From sequence record DRR723986_8380: a stretch of DNA of 64,000 nucleotides, one strand, 5' to 3'. The notes under the pieces are model-generated. The model ran no database searches and had not been told where the DNA came from. It saw only the letters and a program-made list of their open reading frames with translations. Positions 30,120-39,912 of this stretch are shown here, piece after piece; position 1 is the stretch's first letter, and each line of letters opens with the position of its first letter. The position numbers and the translations under genes were made by a program.

Positions 30120-30851
30120 CTATTTAAATATCATTATCATACGTTCTGAAGTCTGTGAATGGTATTTACGAAGCTTATAATCACCAAAAACATCTAACAA
30201 ATGTACTCCGGTATTTTCAAATAATTCTTGAAAATCATTTAAAGTAAATGCTCTCACACGTTCCTGGTATTCGAAAGTTTCACCTTCTGCATTAAAGGAA
30301 ATATCCTTTATGATATAACCATCTTTCACACTTCTTTTTTGATGAAATTCAATACCTTCAACGGTTTTGACATTTTCATCTACTAAATTATCAATTACAT
30401 AATTGGTGTTCATAAAGTCAATAACACCAAAACCAAGTGTATTTAATTCTGCTTTTATTGATTTTATAGTGCTTAAGTTGCAAGATTCATCCTCAAAATA
30501 CCCAAAGCTTGTAAAGAGATTAAATACGGCATCAAATTGTTCAGGATATGGTTTACTCATATCATACACTTCAAACTTTAAAGTCTCATTTTCAAATTGT
30601 TTAGCGTGAGTAATACTTTGCTCCGATAAATCTACACCAGTTACGTTATAACCAAGTTTGTTAAGGTATACAGAATGTCTGCCTTTACCACATGCTAAAT
30701 CTAAGATTTTACCACCTTCGGGAATATTGAGGTAATTAGTTAAGTTATCCATAAACAATTGTGCTTCTGAATAATCTCTGTCCTTATATAAAATGTGGTA
30801 ATATGGCGTATCAAACCACGATGCGTACCATTGTTTAGTTGATTTAGTCAT
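30120..30851 (-). CDS. class I SAM-dependent methyltransferase
   Basis: ILDLACGKGRH, GVDLS and LFTSFGYF. Confidence 0.9.
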   Translation of the reverse strand: MTKSTKQWYASWFDTPYYHILYKDRDYSEAQLFMDNLTNYLNIPEGGKILDLACGKGRHSVYLNKLGYNVTGVDLSEQSITHAKQFENETLKFEVYDMSKPYPEQFDAVFNLFTSFGYFEDESCNLSTIKSIKAELNTLGFGVIDFMNTNYVIDNLVDENVKTVEGIEFHQKRSVKDGYIIKDISFNAEGETFEYQERVRAFTLNDFQELFENTGVHLLDVFGDYKLRKYHSQTSERMIMIFK

Positions 30852-30867
30852 AACGTTAAATGTCGTA

Positions 30868-30886
30868 CAAAAATAGTGTAAATTTG
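30868..30886. promoter_or_regulatory. back-to-back Bacteroidota -7 promoter elements
   Basis: CAAAAATA (30868-30875, minus-strand TATTTTTG) and TAAATTTG (30879-30886) between divergent genes. Confidence 0.5.
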
Positions 30887-30960
30887 CATTCTATTTACTC
30901 GCTATGCGAGATTTGAATATAATTATAAGCATCACAATACTTAGGTATTTTATTTAGCAC

Positions 30961-32124
30961 ATGGATAATAATTTCAAAATGGTTGCCAAAACCTTATTTG
31001 GTTTTGAAGACATATTAGCAAAAGAATTAACACAACTCGGCGCAATGGATGTTGAAAAAGGTGTACGTAATGTTAGTTTTGTTGGTGATAAAGGGTTTAT
31101 GTACAAGGCTAATTTGGGTTTAAGGACTGCAATTAAAATTTTAAAACCTATTAAGTCTTTTCGTGTAACCAGAGAAGAGGATCTTTACAGAAATGTAAAA
31201 CAAATAAAGTGGGAGAATTATCTAAAAGCAGAAGGGTCTTTAGCAGTTGATGCAACTGTGCATCATAGTGTGTTTACACATTCTCAGTACACAGCATTAA
31301 AGACCAAGGATGCCATTGTAGACCGTTTTAGAGAAAATGCTGGTACAAGACCTAATATAGATTTGCGTTTTCCGGATTTAAAAATTAATGTTCATATAGA
31401 TCGGCAACGGTGTACCATTTCATTAGATACGTCTGGTGAATCTCTGCATAGACGAGGATATAAGACAGCCACAAATATTGCACCGATTAATGAAGTGTTG
31501 GCGGCAGGTTTAATTATTATGAGTGGTTGGGATGGGCAAACTGATTTTATGGATCCAATGTGTGGTAGTGGAACAATGCTGGCTGAAGCAGCAATGATAG
31601 CCTGCAATATACCACCAAATTTAATGCGAAAGGAATTTGCTTTTGAGCGTTGGGAAGATTGGGATGTAGATTTATTCGAAAAAATTGAAGAGTCTTTATT
31701 GAAGAAGACAAGAGATTTCCATCATAAGATTATTGGTTACGATAAATCACCTTCTGCTATTAGAAAAGCAAAGGAAAATATTAAGAATGCTCATTTAGAA
31801 GAGTTTGTTCATATACAACACGAAGATTTCTTTAAAACTCAAAAAGCTGGTTCAGAGAAATTACATATGGTGTTTAATCCACCATATGGTGAACGTTTAG
31901 AAAATCTCAATGTTGAAGAATTTTACGGCAATATTGGTACAACGTTAAAGCATGGTTATCCTAACACAGATGCATGGCTTATAACCTCTAATTTAGAGGC
32001 TTTAAAATATATAGGGTTGAGACCATCTCGCAAGATTAAAGTTTTTAACGCAAAACTAGAGTCGCGACTAGTAAAATACGAGATGTACGCAGGCAGTAAA
32101 AAAGCAAAAAAGCAAAATAGTTAA
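30961..32124 (+). CDS. THUMP-domain RNA methyltransferase (RlmL-like)
   Basis: SGESLHRRGY, APINEVLAAG, DPMCGSGT and NPPYGER. Confidence 0.9.
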   Translation: MDNNFKMVAKTLFGFEDILAKELTQLGAMDVEKGVRNVSFVGDKGFMYKANLGLRTAIKILKPIKSFRVTREEDLYRNVKQIKWENYLKAEGSLAVDATVHHSVFTHSQYTALKTKDAIVDRFRENAGTRPNIDLRFPDLKINVHIDRQRCTISLDTSGESLHRRGYKTATNIAPINEVLAAGLIIMSGWDGQTDFMDPMCGSGTMLAEAAMIACNIPPNLMRKEFAFERWEDWDVDLFEKIEESLLKKTRDFHHKIIGYDKSPSAIRKAKENIKNAHLEEFVHIQHEDFFKTQKAGSEKLHMVFNPPYGERLENLNVEEFYGNIGTTLKHGYPNTDAWLITSNLEALKYIGLRPSRKIKVFNAKLESRLVKYEMYAGSKKAKKQNS

Positions 32125-32693
32125 AGCTGCTCTTTGGCTTCATCAGGGTCTTTAGCTACGTAAGTTTTAGGATACGTTGCAAATAAGTCTTTCACCAAAC
32201 CATTGATATATGGCTGTAATCTCTTTTTAGGTTTGTTGAGATCGCAGATAATAGAGGCATGCCATAACACCTTGTTAGTATTAAAATCTGCTACGTAAAC
32301 CACAAGAGTTTCTTCTTCATAGGTTTCGCTGTGTATAGTACAACTTTCCCAATACTCTAATTCTTCTGAGTGTTCGCAGTTTTCAAACTCAGCGGTTTCC
32401 TCACTAATTAGTAGCCTAAAACCTGCTTGCAATTGTGGTTCAAAGACATTGGTTCTATGGTCGGTGTTTTCCATTTCTATTGCTACGGCATCACCAATAA
32501 ATCGTCTTATTTCTTCATTATCTAAATTTGGAAATTTAGAGTGTTCAACAAAAAAATCATCTACACAAAGTACATAAGTGTCATAATCGTTGAAGTTAAC
32601 GTCTAAGTTATAGTCATAAACGACTTCACTGGAGGAAGCGCAACTAAAAACGACTAATAAAATTAAACCAGATAAAATTTTATAAACTTTCAT
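32121..32693 (-). CDS. DUF4136-like lipoprotein
   Basis: Lipobox FSC; VYDY....NF..Y.TY; YEEETLVV...D..TNKVLW. Confidence 0.7.
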   Translation of the reverse strand: MKVYKILSGLILLVVFSCASSSEVVYDYNLDVNFNDYDTYVLCVDDFFVEHSKFPNLDNEEIRRFIGDAVAIEMENTDHRTNVFEPQLQAGFRLLISEETAEFENCEHSEELEYWESCTIHSETYEEETLVVYVADFNTNKVLWHASIICDLNKPKKRLQPYINGLVKDLFATYPKTYVAKDPDEAKEQL

Positions 32694-32747
32694 AACTCTA
32701 GGATTTTCTATGATACTAAAGTTCTGAAATATGACTTAGAAATTATA

Positions 32748-32759
32748 TGACAAATGTCA
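32748..32759. promoter_or_regulatory. TGAC-N4-GTCA palindrome (Crp/Fnr-like site candidate)
   Basis: TGACAAATGTCA 55 bp upstream of the start at 32693; the same motif occurs upstream of ppk2. Confidence 0.4.
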
Positions 32760-32783
32760 AGTTTAAGAAATTGAGGTAAATAC

Positions 32784-33266
32784 TTACCTGCTTAATTCTA
32801 AGTCTTCTAACTGAATATTGTAGTCGTACTGCAAGTCTTCATGCAATACACTAATTTTTTTCTTTATTGAAATAATTTGACGCTGATACAAATTACTCAA
32901 TGTTGTATTTCTATGAATTGATGGTTTCAGCTCATTTAGTCTTTCGCAAAAGTAGAGTAGGAGTTCTACCTCTGTAGTCTTTTTTAATGAATACCTACTA
33001 TAAATTCTTATTTGTCTAAGGATTTTCCGGATGGTTTTTTTCATATAAAAATAGCTATCGGAATTTATGCCTTCAAATAACTCATCTAACGTAGATTTTA
33101 CACTTATGATATAACCGTCTTCATCATGAGATTCAAATAATAGATATGTGAGTAGTGCTTTATTTTCTTTTTTGAATTTACCTAATCTCAAGGTTAATGC
33201 TAGTAATTCTTCTTTAGATAGGTGTTGTAGCTCCTTTTTAATTGTGACAATAGATTCAATCTTCAT
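32784..33266 (-). CDS. hypothetical protein
   Basis: 160-aa ORF 1 bp downstream of the LytTR gene; KFKKENKALLTYLLF and LHEDLQYDY. Confidence 0.75.
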   Translation of the reverse strand: MKIESIVTIKKELQHLSKEELLALTLRLGKFKKENKALLTYLLFESHDEDGYIISVKSTLDELFEGINSDSYFYMKKTIRKILRQIRIYSRYSLKKTTEVELLLYFCERLNELKPSIHRNTTLSNLYQRQIISIKKKISVLHEDLQYDYNIQLEDLELSR

Positions 33267-33267
33267 A

Positions 33268-33960
33268 TCACAAATTTAAGGCTTTTAATACAGATTTTTT
33301 GTAAGTCTGACCAATAGGAATAGTATGGTTTTCTAATTGTATAATATTGCCAGAGAGCTGATTCATTCTATTAAGATTAATACTAAATGACTTGTGTGTT
33401 CTAAGAAAGAAATTAGGTAAGGATTCAATAAATTTAGAAAATGTACTACGTGTAATAATGGTTTTTTCTTTGGTATGCACCTTAACGTAATCACCAAAAG
33501 CTTCAATATACTGAATGTCGTTAAAAGCCACTTTATGCATTGCTTTGTTTTCTTTTAAAATAATAAACGCATCATTATTGTTTGGTTGATTTAAGTTACT
33601 TAGTACTTTATTAATTGCTACAAGAAAACGTTCATAGGCTATTGGTTTTAGCAAATAATCAGCAGCATTAACTTCAAAGCCCTCTACGGCATATTGCGGA
33701 TAGGCAGTTGTAAAGATTACTTGAGGAGGATTATTAAGGGATTTGTAAAAGGCTATACCAGATTGTTTTGGCATATTAATATCTAAGAATAGAAGATCTA
33801 CATCACTATTAAGCTGCAAATATTTAAATGCTTCTGAGGCATTATTGCAAGTTGTCTTTAAATTTAAAATATCTGTTTCTCCTATAAAATGTTGCAGTAC
33901 ACGTTGCGATGATAGTTCATCGTCTATAATCATGCAGGATATAGAGGTTTTAAGATTCAT
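33268..33960 (-). CDS. LytTR family response regulator
   Basis: IIDDE, LLFLDINMP, FTTAY and DYLLKP receiver motifs; RTHKSF LytTR domain. Confidence 0.95.
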   Translation of the reverse strand: MNLKTSISCMIIDDELSSQRVLQHFIGETDILNLKTTCNNASEAFKYLQLNSDVDLLFLDINMPKQSGIAFYKSLNNPPQVIFTTAYPQYAVEGFEVNAADYLLKPIAYERFLVAINKVLSNLNQPNNNDAFIILKENKAMHKVAFNDIQYIEAFGDYVKVHTKEKTIITRSTFSKFIESLPNFFLRTHKSFSINLNRMNQLSGNIIQLENHTIPIGQTYKKSVLKALNL

Positions 33961-35014
33961 TTTTTATTGTTAGTCTAACTTTAAAAGTATTGTTTTTTAT
34001 CTCTGTTGAAAACTCATGTCGTTTCGGATAGACCAAATTTAAATTATTTCTAATGTTTTCTAAGCCAACACCAGAATGCTTTGCTTCAATTTTATTATTG
34101 GTGTTAAGGTTTGCGTTTTCTAAGGTAAAAATAAAGTGATGTTCTTTTTGTTGTAGCATCATTTTAATTGGTGCATTGGCTTCACCTGAGATTACACCAT
34201 GCTTATAACTATTTTCTAATAAGGGTAACAATAGCATAGGGTAGATTTTAAAATCTTCATTTTCAATATCAATTTTAAATTCTGTAGCAATATGTGTTTC
34301 AACCCTATGGTTTTGAAAAGCGATATAATTTTTCAGTAAAGTAATCTCATCTTTTAACGCTACACCTTGTGTGTCAGAATCATATATAATATATCTCAAA
34401 ATATCCGAAAGTTGAACAATAGCTTTAGTAGTTTCTCCTTTCTTTTCTAATGCTAGGGCATAGATTACATTCAATGAGTTAAAAAGAAAATGAGGATTTA
34501 TTTGTCCACGTAATACCGATAACTGGGTTTCTATTTGTTGATTTTTTAGGCGTAGTAATTTATTTTGATTCGTATTAAAATAAAACCAATCTTCAGCTAG
34601 CTTGAGTAGTGTGCTAACAATTAAGAAAATTGTAAACACCAGAAAAATATTACCTTGAGAGAGGTAAGAGATGAAAAAGTAGTTGGGAAACACTAAATCT
34701 AAAACAGGCTTTAGCAAATAGGAGCTTAAGTAGGCGAAGACTATTAAATTAATTAAGAAAGTGAGGGAGTAAATAAGATACTTTTCATGCTTTAAGAATG
34801 TTGGAATAAGGACATAAAAATTAATTAAAACGGGTACAGCTAATGCCGATAAAAATGTAATAGTGTAGGCGTAATCTACATGGATTGGTGATTTTCCTTT
34901 TGAGAAAATAAATAGTAAAATTACAAATGCTAAAGACCACAGAATACCATTAAATAGTGGTGGTCTGTGGTAATTAGCCTTTTTAAGAATTGAATTTAGA
35001 CTAAGGTTTTGCAT
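33950..35014 (-). CDS. LytS-type sensor histidine kinase
   Basis: QINPHFLFNSLN, PLLENSYKHG and GVGLENI; N-terminal TM helices. Confidence 0.95.
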   Translation of the reverse strand: MQNLSLNSILKKANYHRPPLFNGILWSLAFVILLFIFSKGKSPIHVDYAYTITFLSALAVPVLINFYVLIPTFLKHEKYLIYSLTFLINLIVFAYLSSYLLKPVLDLVFPNYFFISYLSQGNIFLVFTIFLIVSTLLKLAEDWFYFNTNQNKLLRLKNQQIETQLSVLRGQINPHFLFNSLNVIYALALEKKGETTKAIVQLSDILRYIIYDSDTQGVALKDEITLLKNYIAFQNHRVETHIATEFKIDIENEDFKIYPMLLLPLLENSYKHGVISGEANAPIKMMLQQKEHHFIFTLENANLNTNNKIEAKHSGVGLENIRNNLNLVYPKRHEFSTEIKNNTFKVRLTIKNES

Positions 35015-35660
35015 CTGTTTTAGCTAATTTTAATTGGTCTGATGATTTCCATTTGTCTTCAATATTAGTTTTTAAATATTTCTTTAAAAATGCATAAAGT
35101 TCTTCGGATGAAGCCGTTAATAATAAGGTTTCTTCCGGCCCTATACTTTCGTGCTTAATTCGCATTTTTTTCTCATTTAGAATATCTTGTATACGCTCTT
35201 CACTTAACCATGAAAATACAACATCTGCTTTTGAATTTGCATCTAGTTTTACGACCGAATGTGTTTTTAAGAGGTGTTCTGCTGCTAAGCTATTAATTTC
35301 CTCATCCTCAATCTCTATAGGTATAAAGTCTAAGAAATATTGATTATCTACCTTAAACGGCATTGCAATAAAACCAGCTTCTTTTTCTTTTTTAATATAT
35401 TGGATATAATACCCTTCTTTATAGGTTTTGTAGGCGAGCATATCTTCTTCAGAGGGTTTCATACCTTCCTTACGATCTTGATCAAATTTTGCTTTTAAAG
35501 ATTCTATTGTCCATTGCCCTTTTTTATTATCTGTCCAGCTACCAATTAAGTTTTCATTAAAACTAAGACTGTTTTTAATATAGAAGGGTTGAAGTGATTT
35601 TACTATGCAAGAGCTAAACAGTAAAACACTTAATACCATAATAATTCCGCTTTTCTTCAT
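35001..35660 (-). CDS. lipoprotein of unknown function
   Basis: Lipobox FSSC; overlaps the kinase start. Confidence 0.75.
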   Translation of the reverse strand: MKKSGIIMVLSVLLFSSCIVKSLQPFYIKNSLSFNENLIGSWTDNKKGQWTIESLKAKFDQDRKEGMKPSEEDMLAYKTYKEGYYIQYIKKEKEAGFIAMPFKVDNQYFLDFIPIEIEDEEINSLAAEHLLKTHSVVKLDANSKADVVFSWLSEERIQDILNEKKMRIKHESIGPEETLLLTASSEELYAFLKKYLKTNIEDKWKSSDQLKLAKTDAKP

Positions 35661-35723
35661 AATGCGTTGTTTTTAAAAGTTGAAGCTAATCTCTATTAAC
35701 TTATGAGCTATTACAACAAATTT

Positions 35724-35752
35724 CGACAAACAAAAGGCAACTCATGTCAAAC
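35724..35752. promoter_or_regulatory. imperfect direct repeat with 21-bp period (LytTR-box candidate)
   Basis: CGACAAAC (35724-35731) and TGTCAAAC (35745-35752) upstream of the lipoprotein-kinase-LytTR operon. Confidence 0.35.
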
Positions 35753-35764
35753 AATTAATCGCAC

Positions 35765-35795
35765 AAAAAAAGAAGGCATTCTAGCCTTCTTTTTT
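35765..35795 (-). terminator. intrinsic terminator
   Basis: AAAAAAAGAAGGC-ATTCTA-GCCTTCTTTTTT hairpin. Confidence 0.75.
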
Positions 35796-35815
35796 AAGTT
35801 TTATTGAATAAGGAA

Positions 35816-37246
35816 TTAACTTTTACAGTATTCGTCGACGATGAGTTTTAAATTGTCTAAATTAGATAAATCGAATTCACTATTACTAATATCTTCAGAT
35901 AGGCTTTTACAAGACGAAATATATTTTGCAAGTTTAGGCGAGATTTTATCATTACTCCTACTATCTATCATAAACCCTTCTTTTTTATCTGAGAACTTTA
36001 AAACATAAGTACCTTCTTCACCTGGTTTAGATAAAACCATATGGCCATTGTTTTCATAAATAATTTCATAGAAATAGGAATTGTCAAAACCAAAGTTAGA
36101 GGCATTAGAGAGCTTTTTGAGAGCATTTCCTTTTGTTTTCATTCCCATAAAACACTTCTCAACTCCATCATCCATAGCACAGAACTTAACCTTATTTTTA
36201 GCAGCGAACTTTTTTGTGCGAGGTCTGTTTTTTTCATTCATGTAATTTACACTAACGAACTTTCCAAATTTATCAATAGAATTCATTTCTGCATAATCAC
36301 TCTGTTGTTTTGCAGGATTTATATCTAGTTTTTCAAAAATCGCAAAAACAGTGCCTTCATACGTTTTACCATCTTCATCTGTTACTGCGCCATCAACACC
36401 ATAAAGATTTATACTATTTTCCTTGGCTACTTTAACTCGTTCTTTGTGCAAACGCGCTTTGTAGGCTTTAGCTTCGTGTTGTAATTGGTAGCCTCTACCT
36501 AATAATTCTTCTACAAAAATTTGCGCTAAGGCTCTATCAAAACGACCAGACATCATAGTGCGAGATCCATAGTCGAATTTAAATGCTTCATCTGTATAGG
36601 TTTTGGCATCAACATCAGTACATGTTGAACATCCTTTTGCAGTACCAACAGTAATACCGTCTAAATCTATAACTGTATAGGTGTTTTCTCCATAAGTAAC
36701 TCTACCGGCAATTTTAGTACCTCTAGAACCACCAAATAAAATCGTACCATCGTCCTTCACAAATGGGTTATAGCGACCCACTGTTTTTTGACGCTCGGCT
36801 TCATCAGCTTTTGCAGATACTACTGCCTTGGTGTATTTATCGCTTAATTTTTCTCGTTCAACACTAAAAAAAGCATCAACTTTAGACATATCAATTCCAT
36901 CTGAGGTTATAAGCTCGTACTTGGCACTTAATAGTTTAATGATGAGTTTAGAAACACTGAATGAGGTCATTAATACTTCATAAGGAACTTCAGTAACTCT
37001 GCCATCTGCAGATGTTAATTCTAACCATTGAAAGCCTTCTAAATTATTTGCTGACATACCTTTAAAAACAACATCAAATGCTTTTTCGTCACTAAGTGTA
37101 GAGAATTTATAATTATCTCTAAGGTCGTCATTTAGTTTTGCAACTTCTTTACCATCAAAGGTTACAATTCCTTTTTTTACTTTGATTTTTTGTCCAAAAC
37201 TTAGCAGAGGAAGAGTTATTAAAAATGCAAGGATTAATTTTTTCAT
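35816..37246 (-). CDS. secreted hypothetical protein
   Basis: 476-aa ORF with signal peptide ending SFG-Q; no recognised domain. Confidence 0.75.
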   Translation of the reverse strand: MKKLILAFLITLPLLSFGQKIKVKKGIVTFDGKEVAKLNDDLRDNYKFSTLSDEKAFDVVFKGMSANNLEGFQWLELTSADGRVTEVPYEVLMTSFSVSKLIIKLLSAKYELITSDGIDMSKVDAFFSVEREKLSDKYTKAVVSAKADEAERQKTVGRYNPFVKDDGTILFGGSRGTKIAGRVTYGENTYTVIDLDGITVGTAKGCSTCTDVDAKTYTDEAFKFDYGSRTMMSGRFDRALAQIFVEELLGRGYQLQHEAKAYKARLHKERVKVAKENSINLYGVDGAVTDEDGKTYEGTVFAIFEKLDINPAKQQSDYAEMNSIDKFGKFVSVNYMNEKNRPRTKKFAAKNKVKFCAMDDGVEKCFMGMKTKGNALKKLSNASNFGFDNSYFYEIIYENNGHMVLSKPGEEGTYVLKFSDKKEGFMIDSRSNDKISPKLAKYISSCKSLSEDISNSEFDLSNLDNLKLIVDEYCKS

Positions 37247-37349
37247 TTTGTTTAATTATTGATTTTAGAAAGATTTATTCATTAACTATTTTAATTCATA
37301 AATCGGCTGACGAAAATACAATAATTAGGTCAAATAATTAATTCACAAT

Positions 37350-38957
37350 TTAATTTCCTTTAAGTAGATTAATACTTACAGTTGCTAGTTCGCTATCAGG
37401 GAATTTCGCAAAGTGATTGTCATCTGGTAGTAATCCGATTTTTTCAGCGGCAGCTCTAAACACATCTACTTCTAAAATATATTGGTCACTATAACCATGA
37501 GTAGCATCGTAAGCTGTTGCAGCAGTTTTACCTAGATTTTTTGCAGTTAAATCTGGATTAATAGTATGCAATTCTATAATTAGTAAGCCAAATTTTTCAA
37601 CATAAGGTTTCCATTTTGCAAGGTGCTCCTTAAGTGAGGCTTCCACATCATTATTAGATAGTCGTTCACCTTTATAAGCATATGCACCTGATGAATTGCT
37701 AATAATAGTATGCTCATTTTTAGGTGCTTCCCAAATACGATTATGATCTAAAAATGTTCTTACATTTAGTAAATCGTACAACTCAATATTATAATCTTCT
37801 TTTAGGTCTTGGGCTAGTAAATCTGGCCTGCCAATATCTCCCCAAATTACCTTTGCCCATATATCTGCTTTAATAAGATTAGCTCTTGTGACTTTAAGTG
37901 CGGCCTTATTAAAATCAGCGCCTACTAAAAACAATGGGTAATCATCTAATAGTTTTCCGCGTATTGTCTGTTGCTCAATTACATTGAATATATGTTCAAT
38001 AAATGCACCATTACCACAACCCATATCTAATATACCTTTAGGCTGTTCTTCAATAGGTTTGTTGAATAAGTCGATAATTACGCGATCTATAACCTTAAAG
38101 TAGGTGGCGTGAGCACCGCCACTTCCCCAAACATTCATCTCTCTATGGACGTGTTTTTCGGTCTCGTTGGAAGACTCTGTTTTTAAAACTAACGGATTGC
38201 CAAATAATAATTCGTCTAATTGTAGAAATGTTGGTATATACGAAACAGTAACACCGTAAGCACTTGCGCGTTTCGCAAAAAATAAGCCTTTATCAGTAAA
38301 TTGATAGGTGTTTTTCTTTTTTATAAACCAACCTAAATGAGAAAAAAAATCTAGAATCTTCTTAAAACTCTCAGGGTCTTTATGGTATTCTTCAGCAGTG
38401 AATGAGGCTTCCATAAAATACTTATGAAATAAGCCATTTACACCAAGTAATACTATGATTGGTCCTGCTATAACACCTTCAATGTGTTTTAAGACTTGAT
38501 AATTAATAGAATTTTCATCGGATACGTCAATACCATAAGCACTTTCAAACTTTTTAAATATACGTTCTAGTACAATAAATGCATCAGCACTTATCATTTT
38601 GTCTGAAGCAAAACGATCTGAATACTTCAATAAATTAACGGCATCTTCGTAAAGAGGTACAAGATTAAAAGCCTCTTGGCTATTATTATTCGTAGAAAAT
38701 TCCACGCTATTATCTTGGGTGTTTAAAGATTGGTCTAACCAACCTTGAGATGATAAAATTCTTAATGCAATATTTAGGTAGCCTTCATTAGCATTAAACG
38801 CTTCAGCAAGTGTTGCTATGGATGTTCTTTTTACAGAAAGCAAATGTGCTAAAACACCTTTCTTGTGCAGAGCAAAGGCTGTTGTAGCAGTTGCAATGCC
38901 ATCTAAATGTCTAAATATGGTACTTCTCAGTTTAGACTTTTCAGTTTTTGAAAGCAT
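37350..38957 (-). CDS. class I SAM-dependent methyltransferase, AprA MT1-like
   Basis: LDMGCGNG, GADFN, GDIG, FLDHNR and THGYSDQ; long N-terminal helical region. Confidence 0.75.
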   Translation of the reverse strand: MLSKTEKSKLRSTIFRHLDGIATATTAFALHKKGVLAHLLSVKRTSIATLAEAFNANEGYLNIALRILSSQGWLDQSLNTQDNSVEFSTNNNSQEAFNLVPLYEDAVNLLKYSDRFASDKMISADAFIVLERIFKKFESAYGIDVSDENSINYQVLKHIEGVIAGPIIVLLGVNGLFHKYFMEASFTAEEYHKDPESFKKILDFFSHLGWFIKKKNTYQFTDKGLFFAKRASAYGVTVSYIPTFLQLDELLFGNPLVLKTESSNETEKHVHREMNVWGSGGAHATYFKVIDRVIIDLFNKPIEEQPKGILDMGCGNGAFIEHIFNVIEQQTIRGKLLDDYPLFLVGADFNKAALKVTRANLIKADIWAKVIWGDIGRPDLLAQDLKEDYNIELYDLLNVRTFLDHNRIWEAPKNEHTIISNSSGAYAYKGERLSNNDVEASLKEHLAKWKPYVEKFGLLIIELHTINPDLTAKNLGKTAATAYDATHGYSDQYILEVDVFRAAAEKIGLLPDDNHFAKFPDSELATVSINLLKGN

Positions 38958-39087
38958 AAGGTATTGATTGGTTAGTAACTAAATATAAAAAAACCATTAT
39001 TTAAATACTGGTTTTAGAGTTAAAAAGTAAAATATACTAGTCAAAAAGATCAATGACTTTTCTTAAATTCTTTAAATAGGTTTAAAG

Positions 39088-39897
39088 CTAGTCTTCCATA
39101 ATATATTTTAAAGGTTTATGACGTATGCGTTCTAAGTCTTTTACTTCATATGGAATTTGCTTTAAAATATATTCAAATGCTCTAATTCTGGCACTGGTTT
39201 TTCTATTGGCCTTTATAACTTTCCAAGGTGCTGACTGTTGCGTATTTGCAAACATCACTTCTTTGTATTTGGTGTACTCGTCCCATAAGGATAGTGCGCG
39301 CCTATCAACATCGCTATATTTCCATTTTTTTATGGGTGAACTTACAATATCTTTAAAACGTCGTTCTTGTTCTTTTTGAGTTATTGAGAAATATAGCTTT
39401 AATAAGTAAATACCAGAATCCTGAATCATTTTTTCAAATTCATTAACCTGTCCCATAAAAATCTCATACTCCTTCTTAGTACAAAAACCATTTACAGGTT
39501 CTACCACAGCACGATTATACCAACTACGATCAAAGAAAACTATTTCGCCATTATTGGGTAATTGGTTAATATAACGTTGAAAATACCATTGTCCAACCTC
39601 AGTTTCATTTGGTTTAGGCAAGGCAACTACACGTATGGCACGCGGTGGTAAATGCTGAATAATACGCCGGATAGCGCCACCTTTCCCTGCAGCATCGCGA
39701 CCTTCAAAAATAATGACCACCTTTTTATTATTCTTTGCGACCCATTGCTGTAAAATGAGCATTTCTTCTTGTAGTTTCTCTAAACGCTTTTCATATTTCA
39801 CATTTTTAAGCGCTTTAGGTATATCTAAACGGTCTTGTCTTAATAAGGCAGCAAGACCTTTTTTTGAATTTATTATGTTGATGCCTTTTTCTGTCAT
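39088..39897 (-). CDS. ppk2: polyphosphate kinase 2
   Basis: FEGRDAAGKGG, QWYFQRY and FDRSWYNRA. Confidence 0.95.
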   Translation of the reverse strand: MTEKGINIINSKKGLAALLRQDRLDIPKALKNVKYEKRLEKLQEEMLILQQWVAKNNKKVVIIFEGRDAAGKGGAIRRIIQHLPPRAIRVVALPKPNETEVGQWYFQRYINQLPNNGEIVFFDRSWYNRAVVEPVNGFCTKKEYEIFMGQVNEFEKMIQDSGIYLLKLYFSITQKEQERRFKDIVSSPIKKWKYSDVDRRALSLWDEYTKYKEVMFANTQQSAPWKVIKANRKTSARIRAFEYILKQIPYEVKDLERIRHKPLKYIMED

Positions 39898-39912
39898 GGT
39901 AAGTTATTTAGA

